Source: Xylanibacter ruminicola 23
GTDB taxonomy: Bacteria; Bacteroidota; Bacteroidia; Bacteroidales; Bacteroidaceae
Length of the DNA stretch: 32,000 nucleotides
Reading direction: 5' to 3'
Assembly (NCBI RefSeq): GCF_000025925.1
Contig: NC_014033.1
Span: forward strand, 720,001-752,000
Shown: positions 22,830 through 32,000 of the stretch, in pieces
Layout: the number at the start of each line of letters is the position of its first letter
How positions within the stretch are numbered: position 1 is the stretch's first letter
The notes under the pieces: generated by a model
What the model saw: only the letters and a program-made list of their open reading frames with translations
The model's database searches: none
Told to the model about the DNA's origin: nothing
Made by a program: the position numbers and the translations under genes

Positions 22830-25040
22830 ATGAAGAAATTAAGATTATTCTCGCTTGGCGTGTCGCTGGCGCTGGCTGTGAGTGCTTCGGCTGGCAAGCA
22901 GATTACGCTCACCGACATTACCAAGGGCGAGTTCCGCAGTAAGTCCATCAGCGCCGTTTACCCCTTGGCCGATGGCGAGACCTACGCGCAGATTAGCAGC
23001 GATGGTAAGCAGATTGTTACTTACTCGTTTAAAACCGGCAAACAGGTAGGCGTGCTGTTCGATGCAGCCACCGCCCGTGGCGCTGAGATCAGTGAGGTGG
23101 ATGGTTACATCATGAGTCCTGATGGCACCCGATTGCTCATCCAGACCAACACCAAGGCCATCTATCGTCGCTCGTTCACTGCCACCTATTATATATATAG
23201 CATCCGCAACAACAAGTTGGAGCCCCTGTCGGATGGCGGTCCTCAGCAAACGCCCGTGTTCTCGCCCGATGGTAACCAGATTGCCTTCGTACGCGACAAC
23301 AACATCTTCCTGGTAAAGCTGCTCTACGATAATGCCGAGAGTCAGGTTACCAAGGACGGCAAGCGCAACGAGGTGATCAACGGTATCCCCGACTGGGTGT
23401 ACGAGGAGGAGTTCTCAACCAACTCGTCGATGGTGTTCACCGCCGACTCTAAGCAGATTCTGTGGATCCGTTACGACGAGAGCGCCGTTAAGCAGTACTC
23501 TATGCAGCTGTTCAAGGGCCTGAAGCCCACCCGCACCGAGTTTGCCGAGTACCCTGGCGACTACACCTATAAGTACCCCGTGCCCGGTCAGGTTAACTCC
23601 AAGGTTAGCGTGTGGAGCTACGATATCAAGAGTCATCAGACCCGCAAGATCGACGTGCCCCTGGGTGCCGAGGATTATATCCCCCGTATCAAAGCTACCA
23701 GCGATCCTGCCAAGGTGGCCATCATGACCATGAACCGCCACCAGGACGTGCTGCGTATCTATATGGCCAACCCGCTCTCAACCGTTTGCAAGCTGGCTAT
23801 CGAGGATAAGGTTGATAAGTACATCAAGGAAGAGGTGCTCGACGACATCCAGCTCACCGATCAGCACATCCTGCTGCCCAGCGAGCGCGATGGCTACAAC
23901 CATCTGTATCTGTACAACCTGAACGGACAGCTGCTGCGCCAGATTATCCACGAGAATTTTGTGGTAAAAGCCGTTTACGGTTACGACGAGAAGACCGGCG
24001 ACACCTATTTTGCCGCTAACCCCACTGGTGCTACCGAGCAGCAGGTGATGGTGGCCCACCAGAATGGCAAGGTAGAGGCGCTCACTCCTAAGTCGGGTGT
24101 CAGCAACGCCATTTTCAGCAAGAACTTCAAGTACTTTATCAATATCTGGAGCGATATCAACAATCCCGCCCAGTACACCATCTGCCAGAACAACGGCAAA
24201 AAGCTCACCACACTTATCGACAACCACGAGCTCAAGGCAAAGTTGGCCGATTACGAGCTGGGGCAGAAGCAGATGTTTACTTTTACCACCAGCGAGGGCG
24301 TGCAGCTGAACGGTTATATGGTTAAGCCCGCCAACTTCGATGCCAACAAGCAGTATCCCGTCATCATGTATCAGTACGGCGGTCCTGGCTCGCAGCAGGT
24401 GCTCAACCAGTGGGGCCTGGGCATGGCTGGCAATGGTGCCATCCTCGAGCAGTATCTGTGTCAGCAGGGTTATATCTGCGTGTGCGTTGATAACCGTGGT
24501 ACCGGCGGTCGTGGTGCCGAATTCGAGAAGTGTACCTACCTGCGCCTGGGCGAGCTCGAGGCTCGCGACCAGGTAGAGACAGCCCTTTGGCTGGGTAATC
24601 AGAGTTATGTAGATAAGGATCGTATCGGCATCTGGGGTTGGAGTTATGGTGGCTGGAACACCCTCATGTCGATGTCCGAGGGTCGCCCTGTGTTCCGTGC
24701 CGGTGTGGCCATCGCGCCTCCTACCTGCTGGCGTTATTACGACTCTATCTATACCGAGCGTTACATGCGTACACCTAAGGAGAATGCCAGCGGCTACGAC
24801 GAGGTTAACCCCATCGCCCGTGCCAACAACCTGCATGGTGCGCTGCTCATCTGCCATGGTTTGGCCGACGACAACGTTCACTATCAGAACACCGCCGAAT
24901 ACGTAGAGGCATTGGTACAGGCCGATAAGGATTTCCGTCAGTTAGTATATACCAACCGCAATCACGGCATCTCGGGTGGTAACACCCGCAACCACCTGTA
25001 TCGCCAGGCCATCAATCATTTCAATGATAATTTGAAATAA
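22830..25040 (+). CDS. Dipeptidyl-peptidase IV (S9B family serine peptidase)
   Basis: 736 aa with a signal peptide and an N-terminal beta-propeller-type region. Catalytic GWSYGG, downstream D (GLADDNV) and H (NRNHGI), typical of DPP-IV. Confidence 0.88.
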   Translation: MKKLRLFSLGVSLALAVSASAGKQITLTDITKGEFRSKSISAVYPLADGETYAQISSDGKQIVTYSFKTGKQVGVLFDAATARGAEISEVDGYIMSPDGTRLLIQTNTKAIYRRSFTATYYIYSIRNNKLEPLSDGGPQQTPVFSPDGNQIAFVRDNNIFLVKLLYDNAESQVTKDGKRNEVINGIPDWVYEEEFSTNSSMVFTADSKQILWIRYDESAVKQYSMQLFKGLKPTRTEFAEYPGDYTYKYPVPGQVNSKVSVWSYDIKSHQTRKIDVPLGAEDYIPRIKATSDPAKVAIMTMNRHQDVLRIYMANPLSTVCKLAIEDKVDKYIKEEVLDDIQLTDQHILLPSERDGYNHLYLYNLNGQLLRQIIHENFVVKAVYGYDEKTGDTYFAANPTGATEQQVMVAHQNGKVEALTPKSGVSNAIFSKNFKYFINIWSDINNPAQYTICQNNGKKLTTLIDNHELKAKLADYELGQKQMFTFTTSEGVQLNGYMVKPANFDANKQYPVIMYQYGGPGSQQVLNQWGLGMAGNGAILEQYLCQQGYICVCVDNRGTGGRGAEFEKCTYLRLGELEARDQVETALWLGNQSYVDKDRIGIWGWSYGGWNTLMSMSEGRPVFRAGVAIAPPTCWRYYDSIYTERYMRTPKENASGYDEVNPIARANNLHGALLICHGLADDNVHYQNTAEYVEALVQADKDFRQLVYTNRNHGISGGNTRNHLYRQAINHFNDNLK

Positions 25041-25052
25041 AACAAATAAAAA

Positions 25053-25077
25053 CCCCAGCCAATCGGCTGGGGCTTTT
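25053..25077. terminator. Bidirectional terminator between the DPP-IV gene and glyA
   Basis: AAAAACCCCAGCC aatc GGCTGGGGCTTTT: an 8-bp GC-rich stem flanked by an A-run and a T-run. Confidence 0.85.
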
Positions 25078-25082
25078 ATTTA

Positions 25083-26363
25083 TTAATAAGCGAACAAAGG
25101 ATAATCCTTCATTTTCTCGTTAACGCGGGCGCGAACGCTTGCGATAACCTCTGGGTTCTCAGGATCGTTCAGTACCTCCTCAATCCAGGCAGCAATCTGA
25201 ACCATCAGGTCCTCCTTAGCACCACGTGTGGTGATGGCAGGTGTACCCAGACGGATACCAGAAGTCTGGAAAGCGCTGCGGCTGTCGAATGGAACCATGT
25301 TCTTGTTAACGGTAATGTCGGCAGCAACCAGAGCGTTCTCAGCTACCTTACCAGTCAGCTCAGGATACTTAGAGCGCAGGTCAACCAGCATTGAGTGGTT
25401 GTCGGTACCACCGCTAACGATGCCGAAGCCACGCTTAACCAGCTCGTCGGCCAGTACCTTAGCGTTCTTCTGTACCTGCTTAGCCCACTCCTTGAACTCA
25501 GGCTGCAGAGCCTCGCCGAAAGCCACAGCCTTGGCAGCGATAACGTGCTCCAGAGGACCACCCTGCTGTCCGGGGAATACGGCTGAGTTCAGCAACTGAC
25601 TCATCATCTTGGTTACACCCTTTGGTGTCTTCAGACCCCAAGGATTCTCAAAGTCCTTACCCATCAGGATGATACCACCACGAGGACCACGCAGAGTCTT
25701 GTGGGTTGTTGATGTTACGATGTGAGCGTACTTCACAGGGTTCTCCAGCAGTCCGGCTGCAATCAGTCCTGCAGGGTGAGCCATGTCGATCATCAGCAGT
25801 GCGCCAACCTTGTCGGCAATCTCACGCATGCGCTTGTAGTCCCACTCGCGGCTGTAGGCACTACCACCACCGATAATCAGCTTTGGCTTGTGCTCCAGTG
25901 CCAGCTGCTCCATCTCGTCGTAATCTACGCGACCGGTCTCCTTGTTCAGGTTGTAACCGATGGGGTTGTAGATCAAACCAGATGTGTTTACGCGTGATCC
26001 GTGCGACAGGTGACCACCGTGATCCAGGTTCAATCCCATGAATGTGTCGCCTGGCTTCAGTACGGCCAGCAGTACGGCAGCGTTAGCCTGAGCACCTGAG
26101 TGAGGCTGTACGTTAGCGTACTCAGCACCGAAAAGCTTGCAAACGCGGTCGATAGCCAACTGCTCAACCTCGTCAACCACCTGGCAACCACCATAGTAAC
26201 GGTGTCCAGGATAACCCTCGGCGTACTTGTTAGTCAGGTAAGATCCCATGGCTTCCATCACCTGGTCGCTTACGAAGTTTTCACTTGCAATCAGCTCAAT
26301 GCCTTTCAGCTGGCGCTGATGCTCTTTCTCAATCAACTCGAAGATTGTGTTGTCTCTGTTCAT
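25083..26363 (-). CDS. glyA: Serine hydroxymethyltransferase
   Basis: [22 protein letters not shown] and the [17 protein letters not shown]-lysine motif. 426 aa. Confidence 0.96.
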   Translation of the reverse strand: MNRDNTIFELIEKEHQRQLKGIELIASENFVSDQVMEAMGSYLTNKYAEGYPGHRYYGGCQVVDEVEQLAIDRVCKLFGAEYANVQPHSGAQANAAVLLAVLKPGDTFMGLNLDHGGHLSHGSRVNTSGLIYNPIGYNLNKETGRVDYDEMEQLALEHKPKLIIGGGSAYSREWDYKRMREIADKVGALLMIDMAHPAGLIAAGLLENPVKYAHIVTSTTHKTLRGPRGGIILMGKDFENPWGLKTPKGVTKMMSQLLNSAVFPGQQGGPLEHVIAAKAVAFGEALQPEFKEWAKQVQKNAKVLADELVKRGFGIVSGGTDNHSMLVDLRSKYPELTGKVAENALVAADITVNKNMVPFDSRSAFQTSGIRLGTPAITTRGAKEDLMVQIAAWIEEVLNDPENPEVIASVRARVNEKMKDYPLFAY

Positions 26364-26387
26364 TGTTTTGTTTATTGGGGAAAATTT

Positions 26388-26415
26388 AATGTTTCATGTT
26401 TAATGTTTAATGTAT
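26388..26415. repeat. Tandem heptamer array C: AATGTTT CATGTTT AATGTTT AATGTAT
   Basis: Direct reading: four 7-nt units immediately 3' of the pyrI stop in mRNA sense, and 24 nt upstream of the glyA ATG. Confidence 0.85.
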
Positions 26416-26438
26416 CAACAAAGTTCCACTTTGTTGAT
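26414..26438 (-). other. Perfect 11-bp hairpin (ATCAACAAAGT gga ACTTTGTTGAT) containing the pyrI stop codon
   Basis: Direct reading. The last pyrI codons DINKVELC plus TGA form the inverted repeat. Confidence 0.7.
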
Positions 26439-26861
26439 ATCCTGCTCCTTCTCGCAGTAGTGGCAAGTCAGAATGCCGTTCTCAACGTGGAAGTGGGTCT
26501 TCATCGGCTCATTGTTGGTAATACACTTGGGGTTATTACACTTCACAATGCCCTTAATCTCCGATGGTGTAACCACACTGCGCTTCTCAACCACCTCGTA
26601 GTCGCGTATAATGCTCAGTATCACGTTAGGTGCAACTACCGAGAGGCGCGACACCTCGTCGTCGGTAAAGAACTTATCGCTCACCTTGATGATACCTTTC
26701 GAGCCCACCTTTTTCGAGGGATAGTTAAAACCGATGGTAACAGGTGTTTTCAGTGTAAACAGTCCCAGCAAGCTGGCCACCTGGTATGTCTTGTCGGTTG
26801 GAATATGATCAATCACAGTGCCGTTCTCAATCGCGGCAACCAATCGCTCTTTCTTATTCAT
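26415..26861 (-). CDS. pyrI: Aspartate carbamoyltransferase regulatory subunit
   Basis: [15 protein letters not shown] and the C-terminal zinc motif CNNPKCITN...LTCHYCE. The ATG at 26861 is preferred over the track's TTG at 26870. Confidence 0.93.
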   Translation of the reverse strand: MNKKERLVAAIENGTVIDHIPTDKTYQVASLLGLFTLKTPVTIGFNYPSKKVGSKGIIKVSDKFFTDDEVSRLSVVAPNVILSIIRDYEVVEKRSVVTPSEIKGIVKCNNPKCITNNEPMKTHFHVENGILTCHYCEKEQDINKVELC

Positions 26862-26893
26862 AATGTTCAATGTTCAATGTTCAATGTTCAATG
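26862..26893. repeat. Tandem heptamer array B: (AATGTTC)x4 perfect copies plus AATG; it fills the whole pyrB-pyrI spacer
   Basis: Direct reading. Units are at 26862, 26869, 26876 and 26883. The pyrB stop (26888-26890) lies in the last unit, and the pyrI start codon ends at 26861. Confidence 0.95.
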
Positions 26894-27838
26894 AATAATA
26901 GTTTTATCTGTTTTAACTTCGTCGAGTGTAATTCCCAGCACATCGCAGAAGATGGCCTCGCGGGCAAACAGTCCGTTACCGGCCTGTTGTATGTAGTAAG
27001 CATGTGGGTTGTCGTCCACCTCGTAGGCAATCTCGTTTACGCGTGGCAGCGGGTGCAATATCTTCATGTTAGGTTTGGCGTTTTTCAGCAGGTCGTTGTT
27101 CAGCACATATACGTTCTTTACGCGTTCGTATTCCATCAGGTCGCTGAATCTTTCTTTTTGCACGCGCGTCATATATAATATGTCGGCATCGGCTATCACC
27201 TTCTCGTTAAACGCCGTGTGCTCCTGATACTTAATGCCGTGTTCGTCGCAATAAATCTTGTATTCCTTCGGCATGGCCAGTTCCTTCGGCGCCACAAAGT
27301 GGAAGGTGGGGTTGAAGTGCCTCATGGCCATAATCAGCGAGTGTACCGTTCGTCCGTATTTCAGGTCGCCCACCAGATAGATGTTCAGATTCTCCAGCGT
27401 GCCCTGCGTCTTGTAGATCGAGTAGAGGTCAAGCATACACTGCGAGGGGTGCTGATGTGCGCCGTCGCCGGCATTCACGATGGGCACTGGGGCTACCTCC
27501 GAAGCATATTGAGCGGCGCCTTCGATATAATGGCGCATCACAATCACGTCGGCGTAGTTCGATACCATCAGGATGGTGTCCTTCAGTGTCTCGCCCTTGG
27601 TGCCGCTGGTAATCTTCGGATCGGCAAATCCGATAACACGGGCACCCAGACGGTTAGCTGCTGTTTCAAAACTAAGTCGGGTTCGGGTTGAGGGTTCGAA
27701 GAAAAGGGTTGCCACAACTTTGCCCTTCAGCAACTCACGATTGGGGTGCTTCTCGAACTCTTGCGCCATCTCAATCATGTAGAGGATCTTCTCTCGAGTG
27801 AGATCGGCAATTGTTACAAAATTATGCTTTTTCATCAA
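26888..27838 (-). CDS. pyrB: Aspartate carbamoyltransferase catalytic subunit
   Basis: [17 protein letters not shown] and HPLPR motifs. 316 aa, upstream of pyrI. Confidence 0.96.
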   Translation of the reverse strand: MMKKHNFVTIADLTREKILYMIEMAQEFEKHPNRELLKGKVVATLFFEPSTRTRLSFETAANRLGARVIGFADPKITSGTKGETLKDTILMVSNYADVIVMRHYIEGAAQYASEVAPVPIVNAGDGAHQHPSQCMLDLYSIYKTQGTLENLNIYLVGDLKYGRTVHSLIMAMRHFNPTFHFVAPKELAMPKEYKIYCDEHGIKYQEHTAFNEKVIADADILYMTRVQKERFSDLMEYERVKNVYVLNNDLLKNAKPNMKILHPLPRVNEIAYEVDDNPHAYYIQQAGNGLFAREAIFCDVLGITLDEVKTDKTIIH

Positions 27839-27857
27839 TAATTTAATTTTCTCGGCG

Positions 27858-27865
27858 CAAAATTA
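27858..27865 (-). promoter_or_regulatory. -7 box TAATTTTG (minus strand) for pyrB-pyrI(-glyA)
   Basis: The minus strand reads GTGTAATTTTGCGCC, 19 nt upstream of the pyrB ATG. Confidence 0.55.
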
Positions 27866-27908
27866 CACAATATTTCTGATTTCCGTGCCGTATTTTGAAA
27901 GAAAATAG

Positions 27909-27916
27909 TAATTTTG
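27909..27916 (+). promoter_or_regulatory. -7 box TAATTTTG for the PBP1A gene
   Basis: AGTAATTTTGCACC, 26 nt upstream of the ATG at 27943. Confidence 0.55.
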
Positions 27917-27942
27917 CACCAAAAAGTAACTAAAAAGAGGAT

Positions 27943-30267
27943 ATGAGAAAGCTATTTGTCTATTTTCTATGGACATTATTGACATTAACCATCCTGGGCA
28001 CGGCCGGTGCTTTTTACGCCATCGATAAGGGTTGGATTGGTTATATGCCACCTATCGAAGACCTTCAGAACCCCATCAGTCGCTTCGCCACCCAGATTTA
28101 TTCTGCCGATGGCCAGCTGTTGGGCACCTGGAATTATAATCGTGAAAATCGTGTGATGGTAGATTACAATAAAATCGCTCCATCACTCATTCAGGCATTG
28201 GTGGCTACCGAGGATGTGCGCTTCTACGATCATTCGGGTGTGGATTTCATTGCCCTCGCGCGCGCGATAGTAAAAAGAGGTATCTTAGGTCAGAAGAGTG
28301 CCGGTGGTGGATCCACCATCACCCAGCAGCTGGCCAAGCAGTTGTATTCCGATCAGGCTCACTCTACCGTCGAGCGCCTGCTGCAGAAACCCATCGAGTG
28401 GGTGATAGCCGTCAAACTGGAGCGTACCTACACCAAGGACGAGATTATTACCATGTACTTGAATTATTTTGACTTTCTGCACAATGCGGTGGGCATCAAG
28501 ACAGCTGCCAACACCTACTTTAGCAAAGAGCCAAAAGACCTGAGCGTTACCGAGTCGGCCACACTCGTGGGCCTGTGTAAGAACCCTTCTTACTTCAATC
28601 CCGTACGCAATCCCGAGCGCAGTCGCGACCGTCGTAACGTGGTGCTCGGTCAGATGGTAAAGGCCGGCTACCTTACCCCCGAAGCCTACGATTCGCTCAG
28701 CACCCAGCCACTCACTCTCAAGTTCCATGTGGCCGACCATAAGGAAGGTCTGGCACAGTATTTCCGTGAGTACCTGCGCCAGTACATGACTGCCAAAAAG
28801 CCTGTCCGTGCCAACTATCCTTCGTGGAATATGGCCAAGTTCGTTACCGACTCAATTAACTGGGAGACAGACCCTTTGTTCGGTTGGTGTAACAAAAACA
28901 AGAAGCGCGATGGCGAGAATTATAACATCTATACCGATGGCCTCAAGGTTTACACCACCATCGATTCGCGCATGCAGGAGTATGCCGAAAAAGCAGCCTA
29001 CCAGCACGTGGTAAAGTTCCTGCAGCCCGCCTTCGATAAGGAGATGCAGTCAAAGAAGAATGCCCCTTATTCGGCCAACCTCACCGCTGCCCAGGTAGAG
29101 CAGATTCTGAATCGTTCTATCCGTCAGTGCGAGCGCTATCGTGTGCTCAAGGAGAGTGGGGCAACCGACGACGAGATCTACCGTTCGTTCCGTACCAAGA
29201 CCAAGATGTCGGTCTTCACTTACCACGGCGAGGTGGATACCATTATGACGCCACTCGATTCGATAAAATATTACAAATCATTCCTGCGTACCGGCTTCAT
29301 CAGCATGTGTCCACAGAATGGTTATGTAAAGGCCTACGTGGGTGGTCTTAACTACGAGCACTTTGCTTACGATATGGTGATGGAGGGTCGCCGCCAGGTT
29401 GGTTCTACCATCAAACCCTATCTGTACTCGCTCGCCATGGAGAACGGTTTCACCCCTTGCGACGAGGCGCCTAACGTACAGCAGACCTACATCGTGGCCG
29501 GTCAGTCGTGGACGCCACGCAACGGTAGTAAGGCCCGCTACGGCGAGATGGTAACCCTGAAGTGGGGCTTGCAGCAGTCAAACAACTGGATTTCGGCCTA
29601 CCTCATGAGTAAGCTCAATCCCCGTGCCTTCGTCGATCTGCTTCACGAGTACGGTATCCGCAACCCCGATATCCATCCTTCGATGGCCCTCTGTCTGGGT
29701 CCTTGCGACATCAGTGTAGGCGAGATGGCCAGTGCTTATACCGCATTTGTTAACCATGGTATCCGCGCTGCGTGCATGTTTGTTACTAAGATCGAGGACA
29801 GCGAGGGTAATGTGATTGCCCAGTTCCAGCCCCGCCTTAACGAGGTGATTAGCGAGGAGAGTGCACATAAGATGATATATATGCTGCGCAATGTAGTTGA
29901 TGGCGGTACCGCCAGTCGTCTGCGCTTTAAGTATAACCTTACCGGTCAGCTGGCAGGTAAAACAGGTACCACCAATAATAATAGCGATGCCTGGTTCGTA
30001 GGTCTTACCCCCACATTGGTTAATGCCTGCTGGGTAGGTGGCGACGATCGTGATATCCACTTCAACTCTATGGCCATGGGTCAGGGAGCCTCGGGTGCAC
30101 TGCCCATTTTCGCACTCTATATGCAGCAGGTTTATAAAAATGCCCGCTTAGGATATCACCAGGACGAGGTGTTTGATGTACCTGCCGGTTTCGATCCTTG
30201 TCCGATGGGTGGCGGCGAGACCGACGATTTGGGTGGCGAAAACGACATTGAGGAGATTTTTGAATAA
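27943..30267 (+). CDS. mrcA: Penicillin-binding protein 1A (bifunctional transglycosylase/transpeptidase)
   Basis: N-terminal TM anchor. GT51 motifs EDVRFYDHSGVD and GGSTITQQLAK. Transpeptidase motifs STIKP, SNN and KTGTT. 774 aa. Confidence 0.9.
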   Translation: MRKLFVYFLWTLLTLTILGTAGAFYAIDKGWIGYMPPIEDLQNPISRFATQIYSADGQLLGTWNYNRENRVMVDYNKIAPSLIQALVATEDVRFYDHSGVDFIALARAIVKRGILGQKSAGGGSTITQQLAKQLYSDQAHSTVERLLQKPIEWVIAVKLERTYTKDEIITMYLNYFDFLHNAVGIKTAANTYFSKEPKDLSVTESATLVGLCKNPSYFNPVRNPERSRDRRNVVLGQMVKAGYLTPEAYDSLSTQPLTLKFHVADHKEGLAQYFREYLRQYMTAKKPVRANYPSWNMAKFVTDSINWETDPLFGWCNKNKKRDGENYNIYTDGLKVYTTIDSRMQEYAEKAAYQHVVKFLQPAFDKEMQSKKNAPYSANLTAAQVEQILNRSIRQCERYRVLKESGATDDEIYRSFRTKTKMSVFTYHGEVDTIMTPLDSIKYYKSFLRTGFISMCPQNGYVKAYVGGLNYEHFAYDMVMEGRRQVGSTIKPYLYSLAMENGFTPCDEAPNVQQTYIVAGQSWTPRNGSKARYGEMVTLKWGLQQSNNWISAYLMSKLNPRAFVDLLHEYGIRNPDIHPSMALCLGPCDISVGEMASAYTAFVNHGIRAACMFVTKIEDSEGNVIAQFQPRLNEVISEESAHKMIYMLRNVVDGGTASRLRFKYNLTGQLAGKTGTTNNNSDAWFVGLTPTLVNACWVGGDDRDIHFNSMAMGQGASGALPIFALYMQQVYKNARLGYHQDEVFDVPAGFDPCPMGGGETDDLGGENDIEEIFE

Positions 30268-30338
30268 AAACCTCAAAAATATAGAATTTCGTATTTGCCT
30301 ATATATTATATATAAGGTGTAATACAGAGATTGTAAAC

Positions 30339-30376
30339 ATTCCCGAAAACTTTCACGTTTTTGGGAATTTTTTTTG
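30339..30376 (+). terminator. Rho-independent terminator after the PBP1A gene
   Basis: 12-bp stem ATTCCCGAAAAC / GTTTTTGGGAAT (one G-U pair) with loop TTTCAC, followed by T9. Confidence 0.8.
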
Positions 30377-30404
30377 GAAAATGTTTGGTTGGTATTGAAA
30401 TTTG

Positions 30405-30422
30405 TTGTACCTTTGCACCCGC
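30405..30422 (+). promoter_or_regulatory. rRNA operon promoter core TTGTACCTTTGCACCCGC (-7 box at 30408-30415; TTTG -33 candidate at 30384-30387)
   Basis: TAnnTTTG plus TTTG 20 nt upstream fits the Bacteroides sigma-A consensus. It lies about 200 nt upstream of the 16S 5' end. Confidence 0.7.
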
Positions 30423-30503
30423 AAATCAGGAACACCACCTGACAAGCTAACAGAAAATGAGTTCTTTGAAAGATTTACATAAACAGAAGTAGTACAAGAA
30501 GCG

Positions 30504-30521
30504 AGTACTTTTCGAAGTACT
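30504..30521 (+). other. Leader hairpin AGUACUU-UUCG-AAGUACU in the pre-16S leader
   Basis: Direct reading: a 7-bp perfect stem closed by a UUCG tetraloop. Confidence 0.55.
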
Positions 30522-30620
30522 TGGGTAAATGAACAAACCGTTTCAATTTCTTGAATTTGGATAGTTGTTCTGAGACAGATACATTTCTATTTTAAATAGA
30601 ATAAACAAACAATTTTTTAC

Positions 30621-32000
<1,380 letters not shown>

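Noticed and set aside
23778-24881. 367-aa ORF antisense to the DPP-IV gene. Similar long antisense ORFs lie at 10424-11254, 17655-18416, 18686-19519 and 4175-4654.
   Set aside because: All lie fully inside confidently identified genes on the other strand. They show shadow-frame composition and lack promoter boxes and recognisable motifs.
26100-26894. 264-aa plus-strand ORF spanning glyA/pyrI, with odd peptide repeats MFNVS / [12 protein letters not shown]
   Set aside because: It is a shadow ORF opposite glyA and pyrI. The repeated peptides are simply the heptamer arrays read in frame.
27932-27942. AAAAGAGGAT immediately before the PBP1A ATG, considered as a Shine-Dalgarno sequence
   Set aside because: The purine core ends 1 nt from the ATG, which is too close for SD function. 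It was counted as not SD-like.

Overview
This is a 32-kb chromosomal segment from a Prevotellaceae-type Bacteroidales genome. The assignment rests on a partial 16S rRNA at about 30621-32000, TAnnTTTG -7 promoter boxes in front of almost every transcription unit, and A-rich start contexts without Shine-Dalgarno (SD) sequences. The content is mostly housekeeping. In order: U32 peptidase (3' part), a membrane lipoprotein, hemW, a standalone EF-G paralog (EF-G2 type), an RprX/RprY-like two-component pair with a coupled small membrane ORF, and the rpsF-rpsR-rplI operon. Next come a membrane-anchored winged-helix regulator, an ECF sigma/anti-sigma/secreted-protein operon, a lipoprotein, a plug-containing outer-membrane beta-barrel, a membrane protein with TraB/GumN, and an untracked 56-aa lipoprotein gene. 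The rest is mtaB, a GT2 glycosyltransferase, a DUF4861-like protein, a GldB-like lipoprotein, a TIGR01212 radical SAM gene, DPP-IV, glyA, pyrI, pyrB, PBP1A and the start of an rRNA operon. I found no transposase, integrase, CRISPR array, tRNA or recognisable defence gene. I therefore see no classic accessory island; the only accessory-looking stretch is about 9.2-15.7 kb. The signals most worth a second look are non-coding. (1) An identical SD-like decamer AAAGAGGAGG sits before rpsR and rplI only, in an otherwise SD-less gene set. (2) Three dispersed four-unit tandem heptamer arrays (AATGTTC-like) occur: one fills the whole pyrB-pyrI spacer, one follows pyrI, and one abuts the rpsF promoter. 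(3) Three TGTCAG direct repeats at exact 11-bp phasing lie upstream of a lipoprotein gene. (4) An identical 18-nt promoter core is shared by the rpsF operon and the rRNA operon. (5) The EF-G paralog lacks the catalytic switch-II histidine. All functional calls come from reading the translations and motifs by eye; no database search was run.
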